32,000 nucleotides of DNA, taken from NCBI RefSeq assembly GCF_000008645.1, contig NC_000916.1:1050001-1082000 (forward strand). The letters are read 5' to 3'. Under the pieces are notes generated by a model, which did no database searches, was not told the origin of the DNA, and saw nothing but the letters and a program-made list of their open reading frames with translations. Each line of letters starts with the position of its first letter. Position 1 is the stretch's first letter. Positions 31,003 through 32,000 of this stretch are shown piece by piece. The position numbers and the translations under genes are program-made. Source of the stretch: Methanothermobacter thermautotrophicus str. Delta H (GTDB lineage: Archaea; Methanobacteriota; Methanobacteria; Methanobacteriales; Methanothermobacteraceae).

Positions 31003-31878
31003 TTAACACCTCTGCATCTCAAGTAACCCTGCGACAGTATCTATTCCTGGAACATTAAGGGGTTCACCCCCTGAATAGGCCTCCATTAAATCCTTAGAAT
31101 ATTCTATTTCAGCCACAATGGGCCTCCCTGTTTCTCTGGAAACCTCGAGTACCGGGTCTGCGTTACCGATTCCTGCACGGTTGAGGATAATACTTGAAGT
31201 TACATCCAGCCTCTCAAGTAGCTCAAGTATCAGCTTCAGGTCATGACTCCCAAAGGGTGTTGGCTCTGTAACAGCAAAGGCAAGGTTAGCATCCATGATG
31301 GCATGTATAACATTACAGTGGACTCCTGCTGCTGTGTCAATGATTATGAAGTCCATATCATGGTTCTCTCTCGCATTTTTCATGAGTGAGTCCACCAATC
31401 GTGCGCTTGATTCTATATTCACAGTTGTTTCCCCGGAAAGTAACCTGAAATTTCTTCTAATTTTCTCATCATAATTTTCAGGGAGTTTGCCATCATAAAG
31501 GAATCCTGCGACCATATCCTCATCCTTTATTGCATTATTTCTGCATGAAAGACTGCATGTCCCACAGCCACTGCATCTATCCCTGACAAGAATTGGGTGC
31601 CTGCCCTCCACAAATACGATTGCATTTTTCCTGCACACCTCTGAACATTTACCACACATGGAGCAAGCTGAAAAATCAAAGGAGGGTATCTGAAGAGTTA
31701 CTTCATCTGTTTTTCTTCTCTGCACGGACAGGATTATGTGGTCATCTGGACACTCAACATCTGTGTCCACCAGGAGCACCCTGAATTTATCGGCGAGGGC
31801 TATGGCGAGAGAACATGCTATGGTTGATTTTCCTGTTCCTCCCTTTCCCCCGGTTATTGCTACCATTAAGGGCTTCAT
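31003..31878 (-). CDS. MinD/ParA-like P-loop ATPase with inserted ferredoxin domain
   Basis: MKPLMVAITGGKGGTGKSTIACSLAIALADKFRVLLVDTDVECPDDHIIL...CSMCGKCSEVCRKNAIVF...CSGCGTCSLSCRNNAI. Confidence 0.92.
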   Translation of the reverse strand: MKPLMVAITGGKGGTGKSTIACSLAIALADKFRVLLVDTDVECPDDHIILSVQRRKTDEVTLQIPSFDFSACSMCGKCSEVCRKNAIVFVEGRHPILVRDRCSGCGTCSLSCRNNAIKDEDMVAGFLYDGKLPENYDEKIRRNFRLLSGETTVNIESSARLVDSLMKNARENHDMDFIIIDTAAGVHCNVIHAIMDANLAFAVTEPTPFGSHDLKLILELLERLDVTSSIILNRAGIGNADPVLEVSRETGRPIVAEIEYSKDLMEAYSGGEPLNVPGIDTVAGLLEMQRC

Positions 31879-31908
31879 CGAAACACCGGCTCATCATGGA
31901 TTTAGTGT

Positions 31909-32000
31909 CTATCTTCTTCTCCTGCCACGGCCACTGCCTGGTGATCGTATCTCCTCAAGATTTCCCTCTGTGAAGAGCTTGAGATTCTCCTCAACTGATG
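31909..32000 (-). CDS. 3' end of a protein ending ...SVEENLKLFTEGNLEEIRSPGSGRGRRRR, possibly NifX/dinitrogenase-cofactor-domain family (partial)
   Basis: Open frame from the window edge to TAG at 31909-31911; basic Gly/Arg tail resembles such proteins. Confidence 0.45.
   Translation of the reverse strand, partial: SVEENLKLFTEGNLEEIRSPGSGRGRRRR

Overview
The window is Methanothermobacter-type chromosomal DNA, a dense methanogenesis-core locus. From left to right it contains: (1) a minus-strand cluster encoding a truncated formate dehydrogenase/FwdB-like protein, an FdhB/FrhB-like protein, an MvhD-like protein and a candidate HcgG/HmdC; (2) a plus-strand hmd-hcgABCDEF block for [Fe]-hydrogenase and its guanylylpyridinol cofactor; (3) sufC-sufB-like genes; (4) minus-strand PRC-barrel, cobY-like, methanogenesis-marker-14-like, UspA-like and Na+/Ca2+-exchanger-like genes; (5) the mtrEDCBAFGH operon; (6) the mcrBDCGA operon; (7) divergent radical SAM genes likely to modify McrA (mmp10 and mgmA-like); (8) a CDF transporter fused to a NifX/FeMo-co-binding-like domain beside two ferredoxin-inserted MinD/ParA-like ATPases and the edge of a further gene. 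I saw no CRISPR array, tRNA, rRNA or transposon. Most of the content is known biology. The points most worth checking are: a probable CTG start for the SufC-like gene, since its Walker A motif lies upstream of the first ATG/GTG/TTG; two terminal gene micro-duplications, one at the mvhD 5' end and one at the MinD-like 3' end; a 16-codon ORF with a strong Shine-Dalgarno sequence and its own possible promoter upstream of hmd; structured elements upstream of hmd and mcr; a terminator-like hairpin between mcrA and mtrE; and the CDF-NifX fusion neighbourhood. Database identities were assigned from memory of the families, and no searches were run.
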